DNA of 64,000 nucleotides, from positions 656-64,655 of the forward strand of contig JBELIP010000009.1 in NCBI GenBank assembly GCA_042090785.1. Direction: 5' to 3'. The DNA comes from Cellvibrionales bacterium. GTDB taxonomy: Bacteria > Pseudomonadota > Gammaproteobacteria > Pseudomonadales > UBA7434. Shown piece by piece: positions 42,859-52,451 of this stretch (its first letter is position 1; the number at the start of each line of letters is the position of its first letter). The position numbers and the translations under genes are program-made. A model generated the notes under the pieces. The model was not told the origin of the DNA. It did no database searches and saw nothing but the letters and a program-made list of their open reading frames with translations.

Positions 42859-44346
42859 TTAGTCTTTAGGGTACAGGGCATATTTTACGCCTGCCATTTT
42901 CTCCATAACGCGATGCACCTGACAGGCATAACCAAACTCGTTGTCGTACCAAATGTAGAGCACCGCTTGATGACCATTGACGATAGTGGCCTGAGCGTCA
43001 AACACGCAGGCTCTTCGCGAACCAACAAAGTCTGTTGACACCACTTCAGGCGAGTTAATGTAATCTATTTGTTTGCGCAGCGGCGAATGCAGCGAAACCT
43101 GACGAATATACTCATTCAACGCTTCGGCAGTGGTTGCGAGCTTAAACGTTAAATTTAAAATCGCCATAGACACATTGGGAGTTGGCACCCTAATGACATT
43201 ACCCGATAATTTACCCATTAAATGCGGCAACACCTTGCCCACCGCCTTGACCGCGCCGGTTTCAGTAAGCACCATATTCAATGCCGCGCTGCGACCTCGC
43301 CGATTACCCTTATGAAAGTTATCAATAAGATTTTGATCGTTGGTATACGAGTGCACCGTTTCAACATGTCCGCTTTCAACGCCGTATTCATCATCCAGCG
43401 CCTTAAGCGGCGGTGTTATAGCGTTCGTAGTACAAGAGGCCGCAGATATAATAGTGTCGGAATCCTCAATAATATTGTCGTTAATACCTGACACAATATT
43501 TTTCATGTCGCCCTTACCCGGCGCAGTCAACAAAACCTTGCTGGTACCCTTTGATTTAAGATGCAAACCCAAGCCATCAAAATCATGCCACATACCGGTA
43601 TTATCAACAATGAGGGCATTATTTTTGCCGTATTCTGTGTAATCAATCTTATCGGGTGCACTGGCATAAATAACACGAATTTCATTACCATTAGCAACAA
43701 AGGAGCAGCGCTCCTCATCCACCCTCACCGTACCGTTAAACTGGCCATGAACAGAGTCACGCTGCAATAAAGAAGCACGTTTAATTAAATCATGCTCACC
43801 ACCCTTTCTAACCACTATGGCGCGCAAGCGTAAATTATCACCGCCACCGGTTTTTTCAATTAACAAACGCGCCATTAACCTACCAATACGCCCAAAACCA
43901 TAAAGCACAACATCTTGCGGTTGCGCCAAAGGCTTTTCCTTTTTACCCATTAACGGCTCAACCTGTTGGCTGACATAATCCTCAAGCACCACCTTATTGC
44001 CATCGGCATCTATATCATCGCCCTCAAAAAAGAAACGTGTGACAATACGGCCAATATCAATATGTGCATGCCCTAAATCATAAGAAGCTAAAGCACGAAG
44101 AACAGGAAAGGTTTCAAACTCAGAAAGCTCGTTGGCTTCAATCTGCCTGACTGCACGATGGTCCTGCATAATTTCAATAACCGAACGGTTAACCAATGGA
44201 TGACCATAAATATACGTTTTAACATTATTTTTACGATACAACTTTCCAACTAAGGGAATCATCCCCTCTGCAAGCGCTTCTCGCTCTTTCCAGTCAGCAA
44301 AATAATCGGCTGGACGTTGACGCTCATGCTCTTCATAAAGTTTCAT
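42859..44346 (-). CDS. gap: glyceraldehyde-3-phosphate dehydrogenase, long N-terminally extended type
   Basis: GFGRIGR, SAASCTTN, WYDNE; about 140-aa N-terminal extension. Confidence 0.95.
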   Translation of the reverse strand: MKLYEEHERQRPADYFADWKEREALAEGMIPLVGKLYRKNNVKTYIYGHPLVNRSVIEIMQDHRAVRQIEANELSEFETFPVLRALASYDLGHAHIDIGRIVTRFFFEGDDIDADGNKVVLEDYVSQQVEPLMGKKEKPLAQPQDVVLYGFGRIGRLMARLLIEKTGGGDNLRLRAIVVRKGGEHDLIKRASLLQRDSVHGQFNGTVRVDEERCSFVANGNEIRVIYASAPDKIDYTEYGKNNALIVDNTGMWHDFDGLGLHLKSKGTSKVLLTAPGKGDMKNIVSGINDNIIEDSDTIISAASCTTNAITPPLKALDDEYGVESGHVETVHSYTNDQNLIDNFHKGNRRGRSAALNMVLTETGAVKAVGKVLPHLMGKLSGNVIRVPTPNVSMAILNLTFKLATTAEALNEYIRQVSLHSPLRKQIDYINSPEVVSTDFVGSRRACVFDAQATIVNGHQAVLYIWYDNEFGYACQVHRVMEKMAGVKYALYPKD

Positions 44347-44687
44347 GCATACCCTCTATTTATACAGCGAATAAACTATTCGACAATTAATACAAAAAAA
44401 AAGCCTTAAGTGGCAATGAAAGCTGACCACAAAAAAACGTTAAGTGCCTTCAAGTTGCGAAAAACACGATAAAAGCGCGATAAATAGAAAATAAATAAGC
44501 CAACAAACAACAAAACAATAGATGCTTTTAAACCATCTAAAACTTTGTCATTTGCCCGTAGCATAAGGAGGGAGGAATAAAACAAGGATAATTAGCTAAA
44601 TCCTATCTAGCAAAAATAACTATCAACTTAATTAACAAAAAAAACTGAGAACAGCCATAAAAAAACACTAAAGCGATAACAGACCGC

Positions 44688-45455
44688 TCAATAATCAAAA
44701 TCCATAATCACGGGCGCATGGTCAGAAAAACGCTCATCACGATACACCCAAGCCGCTGTCGCCTTATCCTTTAAACCGGGTGTTATCACATGGTAATCCA
44801 AGCGCCAACCGACATTATTCGCATAGGCCTGACCGCGGTTCGACCACCAAGTATATTCATCGGCATCTTGATTCAGCAGACGGAAACCATCGATATAACC
44901 CACTTCGTCATATAAAGCGTCAAGCCAGGCGCGCTCAATAGGCAGAAACCCCGAATTTCTTTGGTTAGGCTTCCAGTTTTTTAAATCAATTTCCTTATGA
45001 CAGGTATTCCAATCGGCGCAGATAATATATTCACGGCGCTTGCGGCGAAGGGATTCGAAATGCGGCATTATTTGGTCATGAAACGACAGCTTTCTCGCCA
45101 AAGCTTCTTCATTACTTGAGCCCGAAGGTACATACATCGACACCACGCTAATGCCATCAAAATCAGCTTGGATATAACGCGCTTGAGAGTCACACGGCTC
45201 CCAACCTAACCCCTTAGTCACCTTGTTAGGTTTTTGCTTACAGTAAAGAGCTGTTCCACTGTAGCCTTTTTTTACCGCATCATAGTAATAACAGTGATAA
45301 CCCTCAGGGTAAAAGATAGGGTCCTCTAATTGCTCCTCTTGCGCTTTAATTTCTTGCAGGCAGACGACGTCGGCATCTTGCTTAGCCAGCCACTCAAAAA
45401 AACCTTTGCGCTGAGCCGCGCGTATTCCGTTAACATTAATACTTATAATCCGCAT
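44688..45455 (-). CDS. xth: exodeoxyribonuclease III / AP endonuclease
   Basis: NVNG, LQEIK, ADWN, WRLDY, SDHAP. Confidence 0.9.
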   Translation of the reverse strand: MRIISINVNGIRAAQRKGFFEWLAKQDADVVCLQEIKAQEEQLEDPIFYPEGYHCYYYDAVKKGYSGTALYCKQKPNKVTKGLGWEPCDSQARYIQADFDGISVVSMYVPSGSSNEEALARKLSFHDQIMPHFESLRRKRREYIICADWNTCHKEIDLKNWKPNQRNSGFLPIERAWLDALYDEVGYIDGFRLLNQDADEYTWWSNRGQAYANNVGWRLDYHVITPGLKDKATAAWVYRDERFSDHAPVIMDFDY

Positions 45456-45502
45456 GTTTTTTCTTTACACTCCAAATTAAAAGGTAAGTCAGTAGTCATA
45501 AT

Positions 45503-46462
45503 GTGTTCAGCTTACTTCAAACGCCACTAGAACAATGCTTACTCACTAAACAGGTTATACGCTTGCAAGCTAAACAGCCCACATTGAACCCAGCCAACAA
45601 GCAACGCGTGCTCGTATTTGATTCTGGCGTTGGCGGCCTAAGCGTCTGTCGTGAGATTATAGCCTGTAAGCCCCAGCTTGAGTTGCATTACCTCTCTGAT
45701 AATGCCGCATTCCCCTATGGCGAAAAAACCGCCGAACAATTAATTAGCCGGGCAAGCACGGTTTTACTTAAGGCCTGCCAGCAAATTAAGCCTAATATAG
45801 TTGTTATTGCCTGTAACACGGCAAGCACGGTTGTACTGCCAAGCTTGCGCGATCAACTGTCAATACCTATTGTCGGTGTTGTACCGGCAATTAAAACAGC
45901 TGCCACCATTAGCAAGACAAAGACATTTGCCCTATTGGCCACACCAGGCACGGTTAATAGGAACTATACGCAGCAATTAATTGATGAGCACGCGAGCGAG
46001 TGTCGCGTTATTCGCGTGGGAAGTAGTCAGCTAGTACGCCATATAGAAGCGTATATTCATGGCGAGCCACTAGACACCGCCTTCTTACGGCAAATAATTA
46101 AACAGCTAACAGAACAAGTAGGCGGTAATGAAATTGATACAGTTGTTCTCGGCTGTACCCATTTTCCACTGATTGGTGAGCAACTTAAAAAAATACATGC
46201 TCAATGGCAGTGGGTTGATTCAGGAGCAGCCATAGCTAATAGGGTCAGTCATTTGCTAGAGCAAGACACCACAATTAGCAGCAAAAGCGAAAGTAAAACC
46301 AAAAAGGAAAACGAAAACGAGAAAGAAGAGAAAGAAGAGAAAAATAAAAACAAGGCCAGCCATTTTTTTTGGCTGACCCAAGCTAGCGATAAGCAAACAA
46401 CTCTAGACCACTACCTGATTAACGATGGTTTTGAGCCTAGCCGCGTTTTATCGCTTAAATAA
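45503..46462 (+). CDS. murI: glutamate racemase (true start probably about 60-80 nt downstream)
   Basis: FDSGVGGLSV, ACNTAS, LGCTHF. Confidence 0.95.
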   Translation: MFSLLQTPLEQCLLTKQVIRLQAKQPTLNPANKQRVLVFDSGVGGLSVCREIIACKPQLELHYLSDNAAFPYGEKTAEQLISRASTVLLKACQQIKPNIVVIACNTASTVVLPSLRDQLSIPIVGVVPAIKTAATISKTKTFALLATPGTVNRNYTQQLIDEHASECRVIRVGSSQLVRHIEAYIHGEPLDTAFLRQIIKQLTEQVGGNEIDTVVLGCTHFPLIGEQLKKIHAQWQWVDSGAAIANRVSHLLEQDTTISSKSESKTKKENENEKEEKEEKNKNKASHFFWLTQASDKQTTLDHYLINDGFEPSRVLSLK

Positions 46463-47206
46463 ACCTTTTAACGCTTCTTTATACTGCCCTGCTTTATCAC
46501 CTAAAGCTTTTTTAAACGCTTTATCTACCTGCTCATCGAGCACCTGCTTTTGAATTTCGGCAATCACTTTTTTCATTAACGGCTGCATTAACGACTGGGC
46601 TGCAGATTCAATGGTAACCCCTTCTTCTGGCGAACCAATTTGCTGCAAGACAATATTCGGCACATTGACCGACTCTTCGCCAAACTGCTGCGACTTAACA
46701 ACAGCCTTAGCATCGGTGAACTCAAACAGCGCAATAGCAACATTGGGCGTTGATGATTCAGCCGTGTCAGAATCAGGCTTGGCCGATGCACTCGCCGAAG
46801 CATCCGATGCCATATTATCTTTAATCACTTGCAAGTTGGTCGTTGTACCTACTTGCTCAGCAAAAACCTGCGCACCGTCAATAGAAATACGATTAATAAC
46901 TACCACAGGCTTTGTCAGTGATAAAAGATCTAACTCAACATCAATACGATTAAGCTCAAAAGCATTACTCTGGCTAAAACCTTCTGGGTTACCCACATGT
47001 AAATCGGTAATAGATGCCTTGCCATCAAGCAAGCTAATAGCCACATCGGATACCGAGACAGGCACACCTATCACTGATGCACCATGATCATTAATACCCC
47101 CTTTAATAATGCCGCCTAAGTTATTTGCGACGACAATAACCGCGATAACCGCAATCACAAACAATAAGCCAATAACGCTAAACAAACCTTTTACTAATCT
47201 TGCCAC
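46448..47206 (-). CDS. AsmA/DUF748-like membrane-anchored protein
   Basis: N-terminal TM, then VGNPEGFS beta-rich repeat region typical of small AsmA-like proteins. Confidence 0.65.
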   Translation of the reverse strand: MARLVKGLFSVIGLLFVIAVIAVIVVANNLGGIIKGGINDHGASVIGVPVSVSDVAISLLDGKASITDLHVGNPEGFSQSNAFELNRIDVELDLLSLTKPVVVINRISIDGAQVFAEQVGTTTNLQVIKDNMASDASASASAKPDSDTAESSTPNVAIALFEFTDAKAVVKSQQFGEESVNVPNIVLQQIGSPEEGVTIESAAQSLMQPLMKKVIAEIQKQVLDEQVDKAFKKALGDKAGQYKEALKGLFKR

Positions 47207-47419
47207 AACACATTCTCCTGTTTAACGACACAAATAGAGACGCATAAATTCACTTAAAAACGAGGCAGAATAAATAGCCCCAGAACAAGCCACAGCGTAT
47301 TACTATCGAAGAGGAAATTAAAGGCTAAAATGAGACAAATAAGAGCGACAATGTAAAGAAAATGTAAATCTTAATGGGATGATTAAAGCATCGAGCCAAA
47401 CGCTCAAAAAGCCTGGCCG

Positions 47420-47464
47420 CTTAATGCCTAGAAACTTAATGGCTAGACACTTAATGCCTAGACA
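47420..47464. repeat. 15-bp tandem repeat x3 (CTTAATG(C/G)CTAGA(A/C)A)
   Basis: Directly visible just downstream of the response regulator gene. Confidence 0.85.
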
Positions 47465-47479
47465 TCATCTAAAGAACAT

Positions 47480-49138
47480 TTAAGCAACATCCTGAACGTC
47501 TTGCAGCTGCTGCATTTCAGTAGCTAGGGATTGATAGCGCTTATAAGCCTTATGCACCGAGGGAAGCGACTCTAGCGAGGCAATTAAAGCGGCTGCTTCG
47601 TCCACCATCTCAACACACTCAACCGTAGACGCATTAGAAATATTAATACACTGCATCATGGCAAGCAATAAATTCAATTTGAGCTCTACATTATTGGGGT
47701 AACGATTTACCGCAATGCGAAAATGCGCAACCGCCTCATCAAATTTACCTGTATCAAATAATTCTTTACCTTCAGCATTTATATTACTGGCATTTTCTTT
47801 TGCTTTAACACTAATAGGCTGGTCTGCCATGGCGTCAATCTTACCCAACAGTAAAGTATCTTCGGCAAAGCGATCAGCTAAATCTTTTAGCACTTCGCGG
47901 CCCTGATTGGGTTTATCTATTGCCAGTAATGCCGCAGCCATATCCAAGCCTAAGCCAGGTAAAATATTATCCTCGTTACGGTATTTATCAAATAACTTTT
48001 CAGCGCGCTCTATCGCCACCGCTGTTTCACCTTGTTGAGCCAAGGTTTTAGCTTCTATTAAATCAGCCTGTAACGTAACCTGCGGCTCATTACCATACTT
48101 TCTTCTCACCCTATGGCAAACGGTATAGCACTCTTTAAACGTATCGCTATTACCCGCTACCTGTTGTTTTTCTTTATCAAGTAGGCAGCGCACTAAGCCA
48201 AGTGAATGCTCATGAGAATCATGGCAAGAATTAACCCCCAGTTTAATAACACGCCTATAGGCTTTTTCGGCAGCTAAATAATCATTATTAGCCGCTGCAA
48301 CTTCAGCCAAATTAATTTGCCTTAGAATGCCATAAGGCGACGACACCGTAGCACGCTCTAAGATAGATTGTGCAACACCATTCCGACCCAAAGCCAGCTC
48401 GGCTTCCGCAAGGCAATCAAAGACCTCTAAATTTTCGGTACCGTGCTCAATTAACTCGGATAAAACATGAATAGCTGAAGACCATTTTTGCATCCCCAAT
48501 AATGCACGCGCGCAACCAATGCAAGCCCACTCTTGTCGCCGCAATTCCATCACGCCATAGTAAAGTTCATGCGCCTGCTCAAACTGCTTTAACTGCAATA
48601 ATGCTTGGCCCTGTAATTTCTGTGCAGTAACACGATAACGTATATCTTGATTGACAAGCAAAGCAGCATGCTGTGCTGCCGCTTCATAATCAGCATTGTC
48701 TAAAGCCTGATAGACAGACTCAAAAAACTGTTTCTCCAACACAATATTGTCTAAGCGACTTTGCAGCAAAACCTGCGTAAACGGTTTTGTTAAATAATCG
48801 TCTGGTTTATATTCAAGCGCACCAAACACCATAGACCGAGTCGTTTCTGCCGTTACTAATATATAAATGGCTTGGTGTTTAAACGATTGGGTAAAGCGAA
48901 GTTCTTCAAGAATTTGCTGGCCGTTTTTGCCCTTACCCAAACTGTAATCACAAATAATAATGTCATAGGCATTTTCTCGACAGCGCGCCATTGCCTCACC
49001 GCCATCATTAGCCACATCCACAAGCTCTACACCAAAGCTACGTAGCATCTGTTTTATAGAGGCACGCATGTCCGGAAACTCATCAACGACAAGCGCACGC
49101 TTTTTACTATAAAGCTTAATTAAATCTAATTTTTGCAT
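47480..49138 (-). CDS. response regulator: receiver domain plus TPR repeats
   Basis: VVDE, ICDY (phospho-Asp), VTAE, TKPF; helical TPR-like remainder. Confidence 0.88.
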   Translation of the reverse strand: MQKLDLIKLYSKKRALVVDEFPDMRASIKQMLRSFGVELVDVANDGGEAMARCRENAYDIIICDYSLGKGKNGQQILEELRFTQSFKHQAIYILVTAETTRSMVFGALEYKPDDYLTKPFTQVLLQSRLDNIVLEKQFFESVYQALDNADYEAAAQHAALLVNQDIRYRVTAQKLQGQALLQLKQFEQAHELYYGVMELRRQEWACIGCARALLGMQKWSSAIHVLSELIEHGTENLEVFDCLAEAELALGRNGVAQSILERATVSSPYGILRQINLAEVAAANNDYLAAEKAYRRVIKLGVNSCHDSHEHSLGLVRCLLDKEKQQVAGNSDTFKECYTVCHRVRRKYGNEPQVTLQADLIEAKTLAQQGETAVAIERAEKLFDKYRNEDNILPGLGLDMAAALLAIDKPNQGREVLKDLADRFAEDTLLLGKIDAMADQPISVKAKENASNINAEGKELFDTGKFDEAVAHFRIAVNRYPNNVELKLNLLLAMMQCINISNASTVECVEMVDEAAALIASLESLPSVHKAYKRYQSLATEMQQLQDVQDVA

Positions 49139-49384
49139 GTAAGAAACACTAACACCTTATTATATTTTTTAAGCCTAAACGCAACCTAGACACTATTTAG
49201 CCGCACTAAGCTGCATAAACTCATGCTGACAAACAACTTTAAAAGTATAGACTGACGAAAAAGTTATGCTGCGTTTTAGCGCAACAAACATAGTTAAAAT
49301 GTTAGATTTATCGCAGAAACCTTAACAAAGAAAACCGCCTATGCGATTAAAGGGAAAAAAGCAGCAAAAGGAACGTTAAACAAC

Positions 49385-51289
49385 TTAAAGTTTAGACCTT
49401 AAGTAGTTGATTTTTAGTGTTATTTTATCGTTATTTAAATCTGTCAGCTGATGGGCAAGTAAATCGAAGTGCTTTAACTTATGCTTAGCGGCGTAGACCT
49501 CTAATAACTGCATTTGTAAAGCCTCGTTATCAGGTTCAAACTCCAACGCCTGCTCTAGTAGGTCTTCGGCCTCATCATACCGTTCATAGGCTAGATAAAC
49601 GGCAGCCTCTAACTCAACGGCACCTTCAGCCGGCATCAATGCTTCTTCGCAATCACCGCTAGCAGCTTCACCATCATTGTGAGCATCTTGGATGCGACAA
49701 GACTCTGAACCATCAAGAGACTCTGAACCATCAAGAGGATCTGAATCATCAATAGCCTCATCAAAATCTAACACCCGAGTCGTGTTATCGTCATATTGAG
49801 TTAACTCCCAACGCTCAATAGCCGCTGCTCTGCGGCGATGCTGCCAAAACTTAAGCAGCATCACTAGCAATACCAGCAATACAACCGCAGCAGAAATTAC
49901 CCACATCAGTGGTTTTCTATTGATAGCATCCTTAGGTTGATCGATAACGCTTGCTTGCATAGAACCCGCTGCATCAATAGCGCTCGGTATAGTTAATAAT
50001 TCGGCCTGTGCAGAATTAAAAGGCAATGTTTCTGTAAGACTTTGGTTAAGCATTTGCTCCAAGACTCTTAACTGCTCGGTTTTGTCGGCTAAAATGCTGT
50101 ATTGCTCATAAAGGTTATTTATACGATTTTCAACGCTGAGTTTACGCGCTTTACTCTCGACCAGCTGCGCATCAAAGTTATCCGCCAACTTAGAAGAACG
50201 CTCACTTAATGCAAGCGTTTCTGCAGCAACAGGAGCGTCATGATCATCATCGGTCACCAACGAAAGCACACCCATTTTTTTATTAGCTGGCGGCTTATCG
50301 ACCGCTGTACTCTCGGCTACATCTACACCGTCATTAGGCGCTCCAAGAGAATCAGTGGCAGACTCATCAACAGACTTATACAACGACTTATCAAAAATTG
50401 CAGCGGGTTGATTAACAACGAACTGCGTGCCAGCCGCCGCTTTTATCTGTGCCGCAGAGACCGCAAGTCGCGCATTTATTTTTAAGCGATCGGCATCATT
50501 CTTTATAAACGCATTAGGATTATTTTGATAAAGTGCATCAACTATAGGTTTTATATTGCCGCCCGCTTCGGCCTGAATGCGCCGAGCAATAGACCAAAGA
50601 CTATCGCCAGACCGCGACTTATGCGACCAGCTATTGCTAGTGCTTTGCGGCTGACTGCGCCCTACAAGCGTACCAGCACCAGTATCGGTATCTGATGGCT
50701 TAAGTTTATGAGTAGCTACGTTAGAAGCATGCGCCGAACGCTGCATGTAACTTTGCAGCCTTTGCTTGCCGCTGAGCTCAGTTTTAGATCGCCTTGGCAA
50801 GTCAGAAGCTGCTGCTAAGTCAGAAGGAACTGGCAAGTCAGAAGGAGCTGCTAGGTCAGAAGCTGCTGCTGGGGCAGAAGCTGCTATGACAGGCATATCT
50901 AGCAGCACCGTTAATTGTTTTATAACCGAACCTGCTGGCGAACGCAGTAACAGAACAAAATCAAGGTACGGCTCAAACGCAATCTCGCTGTTTACAACAC
51001 GAATGGTATATTGCTTTTGCTCATCAACCAACACATCAAAAATGAGTTGGGTATGAAAATAGTCCCACTCAACTCCCATAGTGCGATAAACAGAGCGCGG
51101 CGCAAGACTAACAAAAATTTCATTAGCGAAAATCCCCTCAGCACCTGTAATAGTCATCAAACCATAAAAGCGCTCTCCTACTGAGCTGTTAACCGTTAGG
51201 TTAGACAAACCAATAGCAAAGCCATGACTGCTAAAAAACAAGAAAAACGCTAGAGCAATTGCCCTAGTCGAATAAGCGAAGGGAAACAT
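49385..51289 (-). CDS. FimV/HubP-like polar landmark protein paralogue
   Basis: FimV N-domain (IGLSNLTVNS..GE; EPYLDF), LysM GDSLWSIA..NPNAF, coiled coil, TM, EAAVYLAYERY TPR; start set at MFPFAY. Confidence 0.8.
   Translation of the reverse strand: MFPFAYSTRAIALAFFLFFSSHGFAIGLSNLTVNSSVGERFYGLMTITGAEGIFANEIFVSLAPRSVYRTMGVEWDYFHTQLIFDVLVDEQKQYTIRVVNSEIAFEPYLDFVLLLRSPAGSVIKQLTVLLDMPVIAASAPAAASDLAAPSDLPVPSDLAAASDLPRRSKTELSGKQRLQSYMQRSAHASNVATHKLKPSDTDTGAGTLVGRSQPQSTSNSWSHKSRSGDSLWSIARRIQAEAGGNIKPIVDALYQNNPNAFIKNDADRLKINARLAVSAAQIKAAAGTQFVVNQPAAIFDKSLYKSVDESATDSLGAPNDGVDVAESTAVDKPPANKKMGVLSLVTDDDHDAPVAAETLALSERSSKLADNFDAQLVESKARKLSVENRINNLYEQYSILADKTEQLRVLEQMLNQSLTETLPFNSAQAELLTIPSAIDAAGSMQASVIDQPKDAINRKPLMWVISAAVVLLVLLVMLLKFWQHRRRAAAIERWELTQYDDNTTRVLDFDEAIDDSDPLDGSESLDGSESCRIQDAHNDGEAASGDCEEALMPAEGAVELEAAVYLAYERYDEAEDLLEQALEFEPDNEALQMQLLEVYAAKHKLKHFDLLAHQLTDLNNDKITLKINYLRSKL
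49700..49753. repeat. 18-bp coding tandem repeat x3 (IDDSDP/LDGSES)
   Basis: AGACTCTGAACCATCAAG twice plus one degenerate copy. Confidence 0.8.
50797..50868. repeat. 18-bp coding tandem repeat x4 (SDLxxx)
   Basis: GTCAGAAG core recurs every 18 bp, encoding SDLAAP SDLPVP SDLAAA SDLP. Confidence 0.8.
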
Positions 51290-51428
51290 TAAAAAAACGC
51301 ACTTGGCGCCTAGCCGACCCATCATATAAGATTGGCCGAGCAAGCATACATGAAGAAACACCTAGCTAAACTCATAAAAAGATTCACTCTGTGTTAAGAA
51401 AAAGAAGCTGAACTATATATAGGATGGC

Positions 51429-52394
51429 TTAAAGTGTAGCAATAATTGCTTTGGCTGCAGAGTACGGAGTGATTTTTCCGTCGACAACATCACGCTCTAA
51501 GCAAGGCCATAATGCTTGTGCCTCTGGATTTTGCATTAATACCTGCTGCAATAATTGATGAACAAGCTTATCTAACCAATGACGGTTTTGTCTGGCACGC
51601 TTTTTATTAAAGCTGCCCCGCTCTTTAGCTTGCGAAACATAATCAATTACCATTCCCCAAGCGGTATCAATATTTTCATTTTCTAATGCAGAAATAGGTA
51701 AAACTTGCGGCGTCCAAAAGCTGGTTTGTCGCAGTAAATGAAAGGCATTTTCATAATGCTGCTGAGTCATTTTTGCCAACTGTACACTTTCTCCGTCAGC
51801 TTTATTGACCAACAAGGCATCCGCGAGTTCCAATATACCCTTCTTAATACCTTGCAACTCATCGCCAGCGTTAGGCAGCATGAGCACAGTAAAAAAATCA
51901 ACCATCCCAGCCACTTCATATTCCGACTGACCAACACCTACAGTTTCAACTAAAATAACATCGTAGCCAGCAGCTTCAACAAGCAGTAGAGCCTCTCGCG
52001 TTTTATGAGCAACACCGCCCAGCGAGCCCGATGTGGGTGACGGCCGAATAAATGCATTTTTATGACGGGCTAAATGTTCCATGCGGGTCTTATCACCCAG
52101 AATACTACCGCCCGCTAATGGCGAGCTAGGATCAACTGCGAGTACAGCAACACGCTTACCCTGTTCAATAAGATAAAGCCCAAAGGCCTCTATAAATGTT
52201 GACTTACCAACACCAGGAATACCGCTTATGCCAATGCGAATACTATTACCAGTGTGCGGCAACAGACTATCGAGCATATGCTGGGCCTGCTCAATATGTT
52301 CGGGGTGATGACTTTCCACCAAGGTAATGGCCTTAGCCAAGGCACGCCGGTTACCAGCGAGAATATCCTCCGTTGAAATACCTAGTGCTGTCAC
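51429..52394 (-). CDS. meaB: methylmalonyl-CoA mutase chaperone GTPase MeaB
   Basis: GIPGVGKST, AVDPSS, GDKTRM, ETVGVGQSE, NKAD. Confidence 0.96.
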   Translation of the reverse strand: MTALGISTEDILAGNRRALAKAITLVESHHPEHIEQAQHMLDSLLPHTGNSIRIGISGIPGVGKSTFIEAFGLYLIEQGKRVAVLAVDPSSPLAGGSILGDKTRMEHLARHKNAFIRPSPTSGSLGGVAHKTREALLLVEAAGYDVILVETVGVGQSEYEVAGMVDFFTVLMLPNAGDELQGIKKGILELADALLVNKADGESVQLAKMTQQHYENAFHLLRQTSFWTPQVLPISALENENIDTAWGMVIDYVSQAKERGSFNKKRARQNRHWLDKLVHQLLQQVLMQNPEAQALWPCLERDVVDGKITPYSAAKAIIATL

Positions 52395-52451
52395 AATAAA
52401 ATCACGCGCCTTTCTTATAAAAACTAAATTATTTGACTCATCTAAAAAGGA

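Noticed and set aside
35197-47464. Short repeats as CRISPR or REP elements
   Set aside because: Units are 12-15 bp, contiguous without spacers, unrelated to each other, and no cas genes are present
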